Part shown: in pieces, positions 18,743 to 30,557 of the stretch
Layout: each line of letters starts with the position of its first letter
Position numbering within the stretch: the first letter of the stretch is position 1
Assembly (NCBI GenBank): GCA_016218105.1
Contig: JACRET010000032.1
Coordinates: 17,175 to 81,174 of the forward strand
Direction of reading: 5' to 3'
DNA from: Deltaproteobacteria bacterium
GTDB lineage: Bacteria > Desulfobacterota > GWC2-55-46
DNA length: 64,000 bases
The notes under the pieces: generated by a model
What the model saw: only the letters and a program-made list of their open reading frames with translations
Database searches by the model: none
What the model was told of the DNA's origin: nothing
Program-made: the position numbers and the translations under genes

Positions 18743-19240
18743 ATGGAAATAAAGCTGATACTGGATCATCTTAAAAAAGAGACAGCCCTGTACAAGGAAT
18801 TTATCGGGATACTTCAGAAAGAGACCGAAAATCTTGTAAACAGGGATTTCAAGGGGCTTTATGAGACGGTCGCCTTGAAAGAGCATGCGCTTAAGAGGAT
18901 CGAATCCCTGGGAACGCTTCGCGCCAAGCTCATAAAGAACGGCGGCGCGGCGCTCGGCGTAAGGCCAGGCGCGAAAGGCGAGGTTACCCTCATGATGGTC
19001 ATAGAGGCCCTTGGTGAGCGCAGGGTTGAGATCGAGGCGGAGAGAAATATTATAATTTCACTTATAGAGAGCATAAAAGAGATAAACAAGGTCAACAGCC
19101 TCGTTGTAACCGGCTCCCTTGAGAATATAAATAAGACCCTTGGTTTTCTGGGCAACTTCCTGCAGACAAGCGTTTACAAGCCGAGCGGGGCTTTTGAAGG
19201 ATTTTCTCCCAAAGGCTCCCGCTTAAGCGAAGGGGCGTAA
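18743..19240 (+). CDS. flgN: Flagellar export chaperone FlgN
   Basis: 165 aa, helical. LKKETALYKEFIGILQKETENLVNRDFKGL fits the FlgN pattern. Conserved position between flgM and flgK. Confidence 0.7.
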   Translation: MEIKLILDHLKKETALYKEFIGILQKETENLVNRDFKGLYETVALKEHALKRIESLGTLRAKLIKNGGAALGVRPGAKGEVTLMMVIEALGERRVEIEAERNIIISLIESIKEINKVNSLVVTGSLENINKTLGFLGNFLQTSVYKPSGAFEGFSPKGSRLSEGA

Positions 19241-19242
19241 AA

Positions 19243-20877
19243 GTGGCGTCACTGAATTCAGTCCTCGACATCGCGAAGACCGCCTTGCTCGCCAACCAGA
19301 AGGCCATTAACGTAACATCCCACAATATTTCCAACGCGAATACCGAAGGCTATACAAGGCAAAAGGCTGTGCTTGAGCCTATGAACTCCGTCCGCAACGG
19401 CGGTCTTTATTTCGGCACAGGCGTTGATGTCACCAGCATTGAGAGGGTCTACGACAGGTTCCAGTCCGTTCAGATAAGGACTGCCGCGTCGGCCCTTGGC
19501 AGGTACGAGACCAAAGGCGAGCACCTGACCGGGCTGGAGGCCCTTGTCAACGACATGGACGGCGCAGGGTTAAGCTCCAAGATCACGGATTTTTTCAATT
19601 CTTTTCAGGACCTGGGCAACGACCCGTCCTCCTATTCCGAAAGATCGGCCCTTCTTTCGAACGCCTCGCTTCTTACAGACGCATTTAATACCATCGACGC
19701 TACCATAAGGCTCAACCTTGAGAGCATCAATAAGGAGCTCGAATCCGCAGTACAAGAGATAAACATAACGGCCAGCCAGATAGCCGACTTAAATCACGGT
19801 ATATCCTCCATAGAAGCCAGCGGCATGAAGGCCAATGACCTGAGGGATAAAAGGGACCTTCTATTGGAAAACCTCTCTTCCATGGTGGATATTTCCACCA
19901 TGGAAGGGGATACAGGGCAGATAGATGTTTATATAGGCGGGTTTTTCCTTGTCACGGGTGTCAACACAGCCCCTCTCGAGCTTGATATAAACCCGGAAAA
20001 CCAGGTATACGACATAGTAAGCAACGGCACCGTCTTGAATTCCAGGATTACGGGCGGAAGCATTAAGGGGCACATAGAGGGAAGCCAGATATACACGGAC
20101 GCGCAGGATAAGCTCAATCTCCTGGCGGTTAGCATCACAAAGGAAGTAAATATCCAGCATCAGGCAGGATATGGGCTTGACGGCTCTACGGGAGTGGATT
20201 TTTTTGCCTCGCCGTCGGTTTATACGCAGGCAGGCACCAATAATACTGGCGGGGCCGTGATCTCCGGCGGGACTGTGACCGATTTAAACCTCCTTACTCT
20301 TGACGATTATGAAGTAAGGTTCTCAGGGGCCGCGAATTACACGGTAGTGAATACCGATACGAACGCGGTTGTGACCAGCGGCGCGTATACCTCAGGCGGC
20401 TCCATAACCTTTGAAGGGCTGAGTTTTACGGTGACGAGCACGGCAGGAGCCCCCGCCGCGGGTGACAAGTTCACGGTAAGCTCCAGAAAAAACGCGGCCG
20501 AGAACATAGGCTTAAGCATAACCGACCCGAATAAAATAGCTGCGGCGGCAACACTTGCCGGAACCCCAGGAGATAATACGAACGCCATGGCCCTTGCCGA
20601 CTTAAAGGATTCATTGGCCGTGGACGGCGCGACTTTCAGCGAATACTATAACGGTTTAGTCTCGGACGTAGGTTTCGATACGAGCGAGGCATCAGGTAAT
20701 TATGCCGCCAACACTAGGCTCCTTGAGCAGCTTAAGGCATCCAGGGAGTCGGTGTCGGGAGTGTCCATTGAAGAAGAGGCCATCAATCTCATAAAGCTCC
20801 AGCGCGCTTACGAAGCGGCGGCCAAGATCATGACGACAGCGGATCAGATGTTAGAGACCATAATAAACATTATATAG
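19243..20877 (+). CDS. flgK: Hook-filament junction protein FlgK (HAP1)
   Basis: 544 aa with a GTG start. LANQKAINVTSHNISNANTEGYTRQ at the N-terminus and SGVSIEEEAINLIKLQRAYEAAAK at the C-terminus. Confidence 0.9.
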   Translation: MASLNSVLDIAKTALLANQKAINVTSHNISNANTEGYTRQKAVLEPMNSVRNGGLYFGTGVDVTSIERVYDRFQSVQIRTAASALGRYETKGEHLTGLEALVNDMDGAGLSSKITDFFNSFQDLGNDPSSYSERSALLSNASLLTDAFNTIDATIRLNLESINKELESAVQEINITASQIADLNHGISSIEASGMKANDLRDKRDLLLENLSSMVDISTMEGDTGQIDVYIGGFFLVTGVNTAPLELDINPENQVYDIVSNGTVLNSRITGGSIKGHIEGSQIYTDAQDKLNLLAVSITKEVNIQHQAGYGLDGSTGVDFFASPSVYTQAGTNNTGGAVISGGTVTDLNLLTLDDYEVRFSGAANYTVVNTDTNAVVTSGAYTSGGSITFEGLSFTVTSTAGAPAAGDKFTVSSRKNAAENIGLSITDPNKIAAAATLAGTPGDNTNAMALADLKDSLAVDGATFSEYYNGLVSDVGFDTSEASGNYAANTRLLEQLKASRESVSGVSIEEEAINLIKLQRAYEAAAKIMTTADQMLETIINII

Positions 20878-20885
20878 GATAAAAT

Positions 20886-21767
20886 ATGCGGGTAACCCAG
20901 AATATCACATACAATACCTATATGAATGACATCATGAGGCGGCAGGAATCCCTCTACAAGGTGAGTAAAAAACTCTCCACCGGTAAGGATATCAACGCCC
21001 CCTCGGATGACCCTGTAAAGACCGACAAGATACTCACTTCACGCGGATTACTCGCGACTTACGATCAGTACGAAAAGAACATAGATTCAGGCCTGTCTTA
21101 CCTGAATACAGCCGAAGATGCCCTCGACAGCGTAAAAGACGTGATTTCAAGCATCCAGGAGCTTGCAACGTCCGCGGCTACGGGCACAGCGGACGCGACC
21201 TCAAGGGCGAACACGGCCATGAGCGTGAGTAATCTTTATGACCAGCTTGTAAGCCTCGCGAACACGAGTTTTGACAATAAATACATCTTCGCCGGATTCG
21301 AGACAAGTACCATTCCTTTTGATTCCGCGGGGGCTTACCTCGGAGATACCAATAAACAGCAGATAAGGATCAGCTCCAGCAGTTATATGACCATCGGCAT
21401 CAACGGAGGCGAGGCCTTCAAGGGCAGCGCCGGAGGTGTCGATATAATGACGGCCGTGTCTGACCTTGTTACCGCGCTTAATAATAACGATTCAACAGGC
21501 ATACAGACCGCCATAGGCACCCTTGATTCGTCTTTCACCCAGATATCCAACACAGTGTCAGACGTGGGCGGTAAGATCTCCAGGCTTACAGCGTCCAGGG
21601 ACGATATCTCAAGCTCAAAAACAGAAGTGGCTTCGATGATCTCTACGCTAGAGGATGCCGATATCGCCAAGGTCATATCCGAGCTTAAGCTCGGCCAGAT
21701 CGCCCTTGAGGCGGCTATGACATCCGCGGGTAAGGTGATAAGCGTAAATATCTTCGATTATATATAG
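20886..21767 (+). CDS. flgL: Hook-filament junction protein FlgL (HAP3)
   Basis: 293 aa. MRVTQN...LSTGKDINAPSDDP at the N-terminus and a flagellin-like C-terminus (DADIAKVISELKLGQIALEAAM). Confidence 0.85.
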   Translation: MRVTQNITYNTYMNDIMRRQESLYKVSKKLSTGKDINAPSDDPVKTDKILTSRGLLATYDQYEKNIDSGLSYLNTAEDALDSVKDVISSIQELATSAATGTADATSRANTAMSVSNLYDQLVSLANTSFDNKYIFAGFETSTIPFDSAGAYLGDTNKQQIRISSSSYMTIGINGGEAFKGSAGGVDIMTAVSDLVTALNNNDSTGIQTAIGTLDSSFTQISNTVSDVGGKISRLTASRDDISSSKTEVASMISTLEDADIAKVISELKLGQIALEAAMTSAGKVISVNIFDYI

Positions 21768-21859
21768 GGGGTTTTGCCGCTCATGGATAAAGCGAAAGAG
21801 ACGGTTTAAAATGTACTTTTCACGATAAGATTGCATTTTCAGATGCCAGGGAGGGCGAT

Positions 21860-22087
21860 ATGCTTGTATTGACAAGGAAGTCAGGCGAGGGGATACGGAT
21901 CGGCGACGATATCAAGATCGTGGTCATAGAAGTCAAGGAGAACCATGTGAAGCTTGGGATAGAGGCCCCGCATTCGCTTAGCGTACACAGGGAGGAGATA
22001 TATCTTAAGATACAGGAAGAGAATATACGGGCCGCTGTGCTTCCAGCCGAAATATCCGATACTTTAAAGAGGTTAAAAAATAAATGA
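21860..22087 (+). CDS. csrA: Carbon storage regulator CsrA with a C-terminal extension (FliW-partnered type)
   Basis: [48 protein letters not shown] is canonical CsrA. At 75 aa it is longer than the 61-aa E. coli protein. The stop overlaps the fliW ATG (ATGA). Confidence 0.92.
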   Translation: MLVLTRKSGEGIRIGDDIKIVVIEVKENHVKLGIEAPHSLSVHREEIYLKIQEENIRAAVLPAEISDTLKRLKNK

Positions 22088-22536
22088 ACGCAACCCAGGA
22101 AACCACTCACGATGTCGTCTTCAGCACTATGAGGTTCGGAACGCTTTCTATCGCGGAGGACAAGGTCATATACTTTGTCCAGGGGATCCCAGGCTTCAAG
22201 AATCTCAGGCGTTTCATACTGATCGACCATGACTCAGAGGGGCTTTTCAAGTGGCTCCAGTCGGTAGAGGACCCGCTCGTCGCTTTTCTCCTTACGAACC
22301 CGAATGTCTACAAGCCGGACTACACGGTTCCTCTAAGAAAGTCCGATGTCGAGGGGTTGGGCGTAAAAGACGCCGGGAACCTGGTGACGCTGGCAATGGT
22401 CTGCTTCTCGAACAACAATAACCAGGTAAGCATCAATCTTAAGGGCCCGGTACTCTTTAACTCAGAGAACATGACCGCCATGCAGTGCATTATAGACAGG
22501 GAAGACTATCCCTCGCACTTCATAATAAAGATCTGA
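22084..22536 (+). CDS. fliW: Flagellar assembly factor FliW (CsrA antagonist)
   Basis: 150 aa. [30 protein letters not shown] and NLKGPVLFN are typical FliW. Translationally coupled to csrA. Confidence 0.9.
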   Translation: MNATQETTHDVVFSTMRFGTLSIAEDKVIYFVQGIPGFKNLRRFILIDHDSEGLFKWLQSVEDPLVAFLLTNPNVYKPDYTVPLRKSDVEGLGVKDAGNLVTLAMVCFSNNNNQVSINLKGPVLFNSENMTAMQCIIDREDYPSHFIIKI

Positions 22537-22611
22537 CAGGCTGCCGTAAAAAGCCTATTAGCGGTGTTAACCGCACCGGAGTATTTTGAGCAGCCTGGTT
22601 TCGTTTTTTTT
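22537..22611 (+). terminator. Possible compound terminator after fliW
   Basis: An 8-bp outer stem CAGGCTGC/GCAGCCTG (22537-44 and 22590-97) encloses an inner hairpin GCGGT-GTTA-ACCGC. GTTTCGTTTTTTTT follows. Confidence 0.4.
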
Positions 22612-22623
22612 AGTAGTCACCCA

Positions 22624-22661
22624 AAATCTCTTCCTCGAACCATGCTTCGGGGAAGAGATTT
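22624..22661. other. Perfect 11-bp inverted repeat / stem-loop in the fliW-pseB intergenic region
   Basis: AAATCTCTTCC (22624-34) pairs with GGAAGAGATTT (22651-61). The 16-nt loop can itself pair CGAA/TTCG. No T-run follows on either strand. Confidence 0.6.
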
Positions 22662-22787
22662 GCCCCGCTCCTTTCCAGTAAAAAACACCCCGGAAAAAAA
22701 CTCCCTGCGCCACGTCAAATTGCATTAATTTCCCGGGTCATTATTTTGACTCTCCGTCTCAAGCCTTTTAAAAAACCCAAAAAAACT

Positions 22788-25083
<2,296 letters not shown>

Positions 25084-25112
25084 AATGTCTTAAGCCTCAA
25101 AGGAGGAAGAAA

Positions 25113-25295
25113 ATGATGCCCAAATACGTTTGCAAAAGATGCCGTCACGAGTTCGCGGGCTGGGGAGTTCACTATGTCTCAAGGACAGGCAACAGGCTCA
25201 TATGCCCGGATTGTGCCGGGAACCTTGTTGAAAAAGCGGATAACGAGAAGCCTGAGGGGATAATATCAAAGCTCCTTAAAGGCAACGCAGCCTGA
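25113..25295 (+). CDS. Small zinc-ribbon protein (two CxxC pairs)
   Basis: 60 aa with CKRC and CPDC. GGAGG RBS. Embedded in the operon. Confidence 0.5.
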   Translation: MMPKYVCKRCRHEFAGWGVHYVSRTGNRLICPDCAGNLVEKADNEKPEGIISKLLKGNAA

Positions 25296-25321
25296 TTTTA
25301 CGAAGGGGATTTTTTTATTAA

Positions 25322-26359
25322 ATGAGCTACAGGGCTTCGATAATCGGATGCGGAAGGGTCGCCTGGATGCTTGAGGATGACCCGCTTGAGCAGAAACCAT
25401 GCACGCACATGGGAGCGTACCAGTCTTTAAGAGATATGGTTGAAGTCACCTCCGCGTCCGATACGGACAACGCAAGGCTCGATGCCTTCGGCAAGAGATA
25501 CGGAGTTTCGGCGCTCTACAATGATTACAAAAAGATGCTTTTGAAGGAAGAGCCGGAAATAGTTAGCGTTTGCGCGTATGCCACGGAGCGCTTTACGATG
25601 GTGATGGATTCGATCGACGCTGGCGTAAAGGGTATCTGGTGCGAAAAGGCTCTTGCCGCGAACCTCGATGAGGCGAGGTTGATGAGCGAGGCGGCGGAGG
25701 CCAAAGGCGTAAAGGTAATAGTATCCCACTTGAGAAGGTGGAGCGGAGAGTACGCGAAGGTAAAAGAAATAATCGAGCGTAAACGGATAGGCAACCTTCA
25801 GTCCATTGTCTGCCATTTTGGAGGCAGCCTGCTCCATACCGGAACTCACGCATTTGACGTCCTCCTCTGGTTATGCGGCCCGGCGCTCTGGGTAGAGGGC
25901 GAGTTGGAGGCTGCAAGGGGACATAAGCTCTGGGACAATATTGAAGACCTCGGCGGAAGGGCGGTAGTAAAATTTAAAAATAACGTGTACGCAACGGTAC
26001 ACGCCGAGTCAAAGGCATACTTTTTTTTTGAGTTCGACATTATAGGCGACAGCGGCAGGGTAAGGATCGGCAATAACGGAGTACTTGAATATTACATACC
26101 GAAAGACAGCGCTTATTATACAGGAATAAAGGAACTCCATCCAAAACCATTCCCGGAATATGAACTGAAGAATATCTGGGTCGAAGCCCTCGGGAACCTC
26201 ATAGGGGCGGTCGAAGGGAGAGAGGAATCAAAGAACACGCTCAGAGACGGGCTCAACGCGCTTGAACTGGCGCTCGCGATACATGAATCATCCAGGAACA
26301 ACGGCATGAGGGTCAACCTGCCGCTAAAAGATTGCAATATCACGGTAAGGAGCAGATAA
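25322..26359 (+). CDS. Gfo/Idh/MocA-family NAD(P)-dependent oxidoreductase
   Basis: 345 aa. An N-terminal Rossmann segment (ASIIGCGRVA) and the characteristic EKAL motif region (IWCEKALA). Confidence 0.8.
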   Translation: MSYRASIIGCGRVAWMLEDDPLEQKPCTHMGAYQSLRDMVEVTSASDTDNARLDAFGKRYGVSALYNDYKKMLLKEEPEIVSVCAYATERFTMVMDSIDAGVKGIWCEKALAANLDEARLMSEAAEAKGVKVIVSHLRRWSGEYAKVKEIIERKRIGNLQSIVCHFGGSLLHTGTHAFDVLLWLCGPALWVEGELEAARGHKLWDNIEDLGGRAVVKFKNNVYATVHAESKAYFFFEFDIIGDSGRVRIGNNGVLEYYIPKDSAYYTGIKELHPKPFPEYELKNIWVEALGNLIGAVEGREESKNTLRDGLNALELALAIHESSRNNGMRVNLPLKDCNITVRSR

Positions 26360-27403
26360 ATGAGGAGCGTAATAAACATAGGCGGAAGGAAGATCGGCAA
26401 CGGCAATCCCACTTACGTAATAGCCGAGATTGGCTCAAATCACGACTGCGATATCGAAAAAGCGAAGGAACTCGTGAGGGCCGCCATGTACGCCGGCGCT
26501 GATGCGTTCAAGATACAGTCTTTTACGGCAGAGGGGTTGCTGAACAGGCTCCGCCCGGACGACTCCGGCAAGTGGGTCGAACACCCGGCATACCCTGTTA
26601 TAGAGAAGCTTACTGTGCCGAGGGAATGGCATTTCACCCTAATGGAATACTCCAAGGCGATAGGGATAACATTCCTTTCGGCGCCCTTTGAAACAGAGAG
26701 GGTGGAGCTGTTGAATTCGATAGGCGTGGCGGCTTTTAAGATTGCTTCGGGCGACCTTACAAACGAGCCATTATTGAAAGAGATCGCCCGCTGCAAAAAG
26801 CCGATTATATTATCGACCGGGGCCTCGTACCTTGAAGAGGTAAAAAGGGCGGTAGACGTCATTATGGCCGAGGACAACTTCGAGATCGCGCTCCTCCACT
26901 GCGCCTCGCTCTACCCGCCGTCATACGAAGACGTTAATATACGCGCCATGGTTACGTTGAAGCAGACATTCAGGTGTCCGGTAGGCTTTTCAGACCACAC
27001 CCCGGGATACACGATTCCAGTCGCGGCAGTGGCCCTTGGCGGGACGATCATCGAAAAGCACATCACGCTTGACAGGAATTTAAAGGGCCCTGACCATCCA
27101 TACGCGATGGAGGTGGAGGAATTCAAAGGGATGGTAAGCGAGATAAGGCACATTGAGAAGGCTCTCGGCGACGGGGTCAAGCAGCCGTCGAAGCATGAGA
27201 TGGGCGAAAGGGCCGGCGCCAGGAGGTCGATATACGCCAGGGCCGATATACGCAAAGGTTCCGTTATAGATCCGTCGATGGTAAAGCTTGTCCGCCATGC
27301 TTACGGGCTTGCGCCCAGGGACTTTGAAGAGGTCGTCGGAAAGACGGCCTCAAGAGACCTCGTAAAAGACATGCCTATAAGGAGCGAGGACATATGCCTT
27401 TAG
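26360..27403 (+). CDS. pseI: NeuB-family nonulosonic acid synthase (PseI-like) with a C-terminal SAF domain
   Basis: 347 aa. YVIAEIGSNHDCDIEKAKELV..AGADAFKIQ, FKIASGDL, SDHT and the C-terminal SAF-like ARADIRKGSVI. Confidence 0.85.
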   Translation: MRSVINIGGRKIGNGNPTYVIAEIGSNHDCDIEKAKELVRAAMYAGADAFKIQSFTAEGLLNRLRPDDSGKWVEHPAYPVIEKLTVPREWHFTLMEYSKAIGITFLSAPFETERVELLNSIGVAAFKIASGDLTNEPLLKEIARCKKPIILSTGASYLEEVKRAVDVIMAEDNFEIALLHCASLYPPSYEDVNIRAMVTLKQTFRCPVGFSDHTPGYTIPVAAVALGGTIIEKHITLDRNLKGPDHPYAMEVEEFKGMVSEIRHIEKALGDGVKQPSKHEMGERAGARRSIYARADIRKGSVIDPSMVKLVRHAYGLAPRDFEEVVGKTASRDLVKDMPIRSEDICL

Positions 27404-28179
27404 GAAAAGACATGGCACCGGTAGTAGCGATAATACAGGCCAGGATGAGCTCTACAAGGCTGCCTTCGAAGGTCATGAAGACCGTCTGCGGCAATCCCAT
27501 ACTCTGGCACGTGGTCAACCGGCTCAAGGCCTCCAGGCTCATAGAAGATATCATGGTCGCGACAACCACGGACCCTTCCGACGATGTCATCGAAGAGTGG
27601 TGCGCCCTTACAGGCACGGCATCATACAGGGGAAGCCTCGAAGACGTGCTGGACAGGTACTATAACGCGGCCAGGAAGATCGGAGCGAAGACGATAGTCA
27701 GGATAACGGCGGACTGTCCGCTGATCGACCCTGAGCTGGTAGACAAGGTTATCGGGAAATTTTCCGAAGGCGGATACGACCATACAGGGATCGATTCCTC
27801 ATACCCGGACGGGCTTGATGCCGAGGTTTTTTCCTTTGCCGCCCTGGAGAAGGCGCATAAAGAAGCGCGTCTTGCGTCGGAACGGGAGCATGTTACCCCT
27901 TATATCTGGAAAAATCCCGGGTTTTTCAGGCTCTCTTCGATCAAGAACGATAAAGACCTTTCACATCTGCGCTGGACGGTGGATGACGCCAAAGACTTTC
28001 TCCTTGTTACAAGGATATTTGAGGGGATGAGCTCCTTTGACGGGGTTTTTCATATGAATGACATACTTGAGTTTCTGGACAAGAACCCCGGGCTCCTTGA
28101 GATAAATTCGAAGACCATGAGGAATGAGGGGTACGCGAAATCGCTCAAGGAAGACAAGGTAATAGATAAAGCTGTCTAA
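27394..28179 (+). CDS. SpsF-type cytidylyltransferase-family protein (CMP-sugar activation)
   Basis: 261 aa. VAIIQARMSSTRLPSKVM...G.P and RITADCPLIDP resemble the spore-coat SpsF / acylneuraminate cytidylyltransferase-like family. Confidence 0.75.
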   Translation: MPLGKDMAPVVAIIQARMSSTRLPSKVMKTVCGNPILWHVVNRLKASRLIEDIMVATTTDPSDDVIEEWCALTGTASYRGSLEDVLDRYYNAARKIGAKTIVRITADCPLIDPELVDKVIGKFSEGGYDHTGIDSSYPDGLDAEVFSFAALEKAHKEARLASEREHVTPYIWKNPGFFRLSSIKNDKDLSHLRWTVDDAKDFLLVTRIFEGMSSFDGVFHMNDILEFLDKNPGLLEINSKTMRNEGYAKSLKEDKVIDKAV

Positions 28180-28205
28180 AAAGACGACTTAAAAATACGA
28201 GGTGC

Positions 28206-29519
28206 GTGATGAAGGTGCTGACAAATCATTTTCCGGTGTCCGAAGACCTATGGGAGAGGGCGGTAAAACTTATACCCGCCGGGACCCAGACGCTAAGCAA
28301 GGGGCCTGACCAGTTCGTAAGGGGCGTAACGCCCAAATACTTGAAGAGCGGGTCAGGGTGCCATGTATGGGACGCTGACGGCAATGTCTATATCGACTAT
28401 CCGCTTGCATTGGGGCCGATACTCCTCGGGTATGATTATAAGCCTGTCGTTGACGCCGTTATCAATCAGGTGAGGGAGGGCACAACGTTCACGCTGATGC
28501 ATCCTCTGGAGGTAGAGGTCGCCGAGATGCTCGCCTCTGTCATACCCTCAGCCGAAATGGTAAGGTTCGGAAAGAACGGAGCGGATGTAACGAGCGCCGC
28601 TATAAAGGTCGCCAGGGCGTATACTGGAAAAGACCATATCGCGTACTGCGGTTATCACGGCTGCCAGGACTGGTACGCTGTAACCACGCCCAGGAATAAG
28701 GGCATCCCGAAGGTCTTCGGGAGCTTTATGCATTCCTTTGAGTACAATAAGATAGAATCTCTCGAAAGGGCGTTCGCCGAAAACCCGGGCCAGATCGCCT
28801 GTGTCATCATGGAAGTCCCCGGCACGGACCCTGCCGTAGACCACGTAACCGGGAAGAATTTTCTACAATTGGTCAAGGAACTGGCGCACAGGAACGGCGC
28901 TCTTTTCATCATGGATGAAATAGTGACGGGCTTCAGGTACTCGATAGGCGGAGCACAGAAGTTCTACAACGTAACGCCTGACCTTTCGTGTTTCGGCAAG
29001 GGCATGGCTAACGGGTTCGCGATATCGGCCCTGGTCGGGAAGATGGAGTTCATGAAGGAGCTGAACGAGGTCTTTTTCTCGATGACGTATTCAGGCGATA
29101 CCATAGGCCTGGCGGCGGCGAAGGCGACCATTACTGAGCTTCTGAACAAACCTGTCCTCGACCATATCTGGTCGATGGGCGAGATCCTCCATAAGGAGAT
29201 AAATTCGTTTGCCGAGGAAGAGGGCGTCAACTTCAGGATCTCGGGCAAACCGCCGAGGGCGGGACTTTCGATCAAAAATTCAAAGGGCGAGGACGACCTG
29301 CTCCTGAAGAGCATATTCCTTCAGGAGACCATAAAGAGGGGTGTGCTCTTTGGCGGGCCGGTGTTTATAAGCTACTCACACGGATCAGCCGACATAGAAA
29401 AGACCATAGACGCCTCATGCGCCGCCATAGAGAAGCTCAAGGAGGCGGAGGAGAGCGGCAACCCTGCGTCGTTCCTCGAAGGCGAGCCGGTCGGCGTAGT
29501 ATTCAGGCAAAGGACTTAA
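28206..29519 (+). CDS. Class-III (glutamate-1-semialdehyde aminomutase-like) PLP aminotransferase
   Basis: 437 aa. HemL-like layout: GSGCHVWDADGNVYIDY, FIMDEIVTGFR and CFGKGMANGF (PLP lysine). Confidence 0.85.
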   Translation: MMKVLTNHFPVSEDLWERAVKLIPAGTQTLSKGPDQFVRGVTPKYLKSGSGCHVWDADGNVYIDYPLALGPILLGYDYKPVVDAVINQVREGTTFTLMHPLEVEVAEMLASVIPSAEMVRFGKNGADVTSAAIKVARAYTGKDHIAYCGYHGCQDWYAVTTPRNKGIPKVFGSFMHSFEYNKIESLERAFAENPGQIACVIMEVPGTDPAVDHVTGKNFLQLVKELAHRNGALFIMDEIVTGFRYSIGGAQKFYNVTPDLSCFGKGMANGFAISALVGKMEFMKELNEVFFSMTYSGDTIGLAAAKATITELLNKPVLDHIWSMGEILHKEINSFAEEEGVNFRISGKPPRAGLSIKNSKGEDDLLLKSIFLQETIKRGVLFGGPVFISYSHGSADIEKTIDASCAAIEKLKEAEESGNPASFLEGEPVGVVFRQRT

Positions 29520-29543
29520 AAAAAACTCGAAAGGCGCTTCGCG

Positions 29544-30557
29544 ATGATAACTGAATCAAAGGTGCTCGTGGTCGGATGCGGCTCTATAGGGCGCAGGCAC
29601 ATAAAAAATCTCAGATCCCTCGGCATAAAGCATTTCATATTGTGCGATACCAGTCAGGCTATGCTGGAAAGGGCCGCGGAAGGCATGGAAGGGGCCGTAC
29701 TTACCACTGACTTCAAGGAGGCGCTCAAGGAAAATCCTGACGCGGCCGTTATATGCACCCCGTCGTCCATGCACCTTTCCATGGCGACGACGCTTGTGGA
29801 AAAGGGCGTCCACGTGATCATAGAAAAACCGCTCTCGCATAACCTTGAAGGCTTTGACGCCCTTGAGAGGCTGGTGGCTGAAAAAGGGGTCGTAGCGATG
29901 ATGGCCATGTGCTACAGATTCCATCCAGCCTTCCTGCACATAAAAGGGTTATTGGATTCAAAGGCCATAGGGAAGGTATACCATGCCAATTATTACGGCG
30001 GCCATTATCTGCCGGACTGGCACCCCAACGCCGATTACAGGAAGGAATACGCCGCTCAAAAGTCGCTGGGCGGAGGAGTTGTGCTTACGAGCATCCACGG
30101 GCTTGACAATGTAAGGTGGCTTTTCGGCGATGTCGAAGAGGCGCACGCGTTCGTTGACAGGGTAAGCCCCCTTGAGATGGACGTCGAAGACCTGGCGCTC
30201 GGCATATTCAGGATGAAAAACGGCGTCTACGTCAGCTGGCAGACGGATTTCCTCCAGAGGATAAACCAGCACAGGCTGGTTGTCGCCGGCGAGAAAGGGA
30301 CGCTGAGAGCGAACCTCGTTGACGGTTCCATCGAGGTCTACCATATCGAGACGGGCAAGTGGCAGTCCGAAAGGATACTCTTTGAGATAAACACCATGTA
30401 TGTGAAAGAGATGAGGCACTTCCTCGAGTGCATCGAGAATAAGGTGCATCCCTGCGTCGATCTTAGGGAGGGCTATAAAACCCTTAAGCTAGCGCTCGAT
30501 TTGAAAGAGGCCGGTAACCGTATGGACGAGGATGGAGAAGTATGCGTAACGGCGTAA
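29544..30557 (+). CDS. Gfo/Idh/MocA-family oxidoreductase (second copy)
   Basis: 337 aa. VLVVGCGSIGRRH Rossmann segment and VIIEKPLS motif. Confidence 0.8.
   Translation: MITESKVLVVGCGSIGRRHIKNLRSLGIKHFILCDTSQAMLERAAEGMEGAVLTTDFKEALKENPDAAVICTPSSMHLSMATTLVEKGVHVIIEKPLSHNLEGFDALERLVAEKGVVAMMAMCYRFHPAFLHIKGLLDSKAIGKVYHANYYGGHYLPDWHPNADYRKEYAAQKSLGGGVVLTSIHGLDNVRWLFGDVEEAHAFVDRVSPLEMDVEDLALGIFRMKNGVYVSWQTDFLQRINQHRLVVAGEKGTLRANLVDGSIEVYHIETGKWQSERILFEINTMYVKEMRHFLECIENKVHPCVDLREGYKTLKLALDLKEAGNRMDEDGEVCVTA

Noticed and set aside
21807-21828. Sigma-28-like TAAA ... CACGATAA upstream of csrA
   Set aside because: Only 10 nt separate the TAAA and the -10-like box, against about 15 in the consensus. 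The -10 box has two mismatches.
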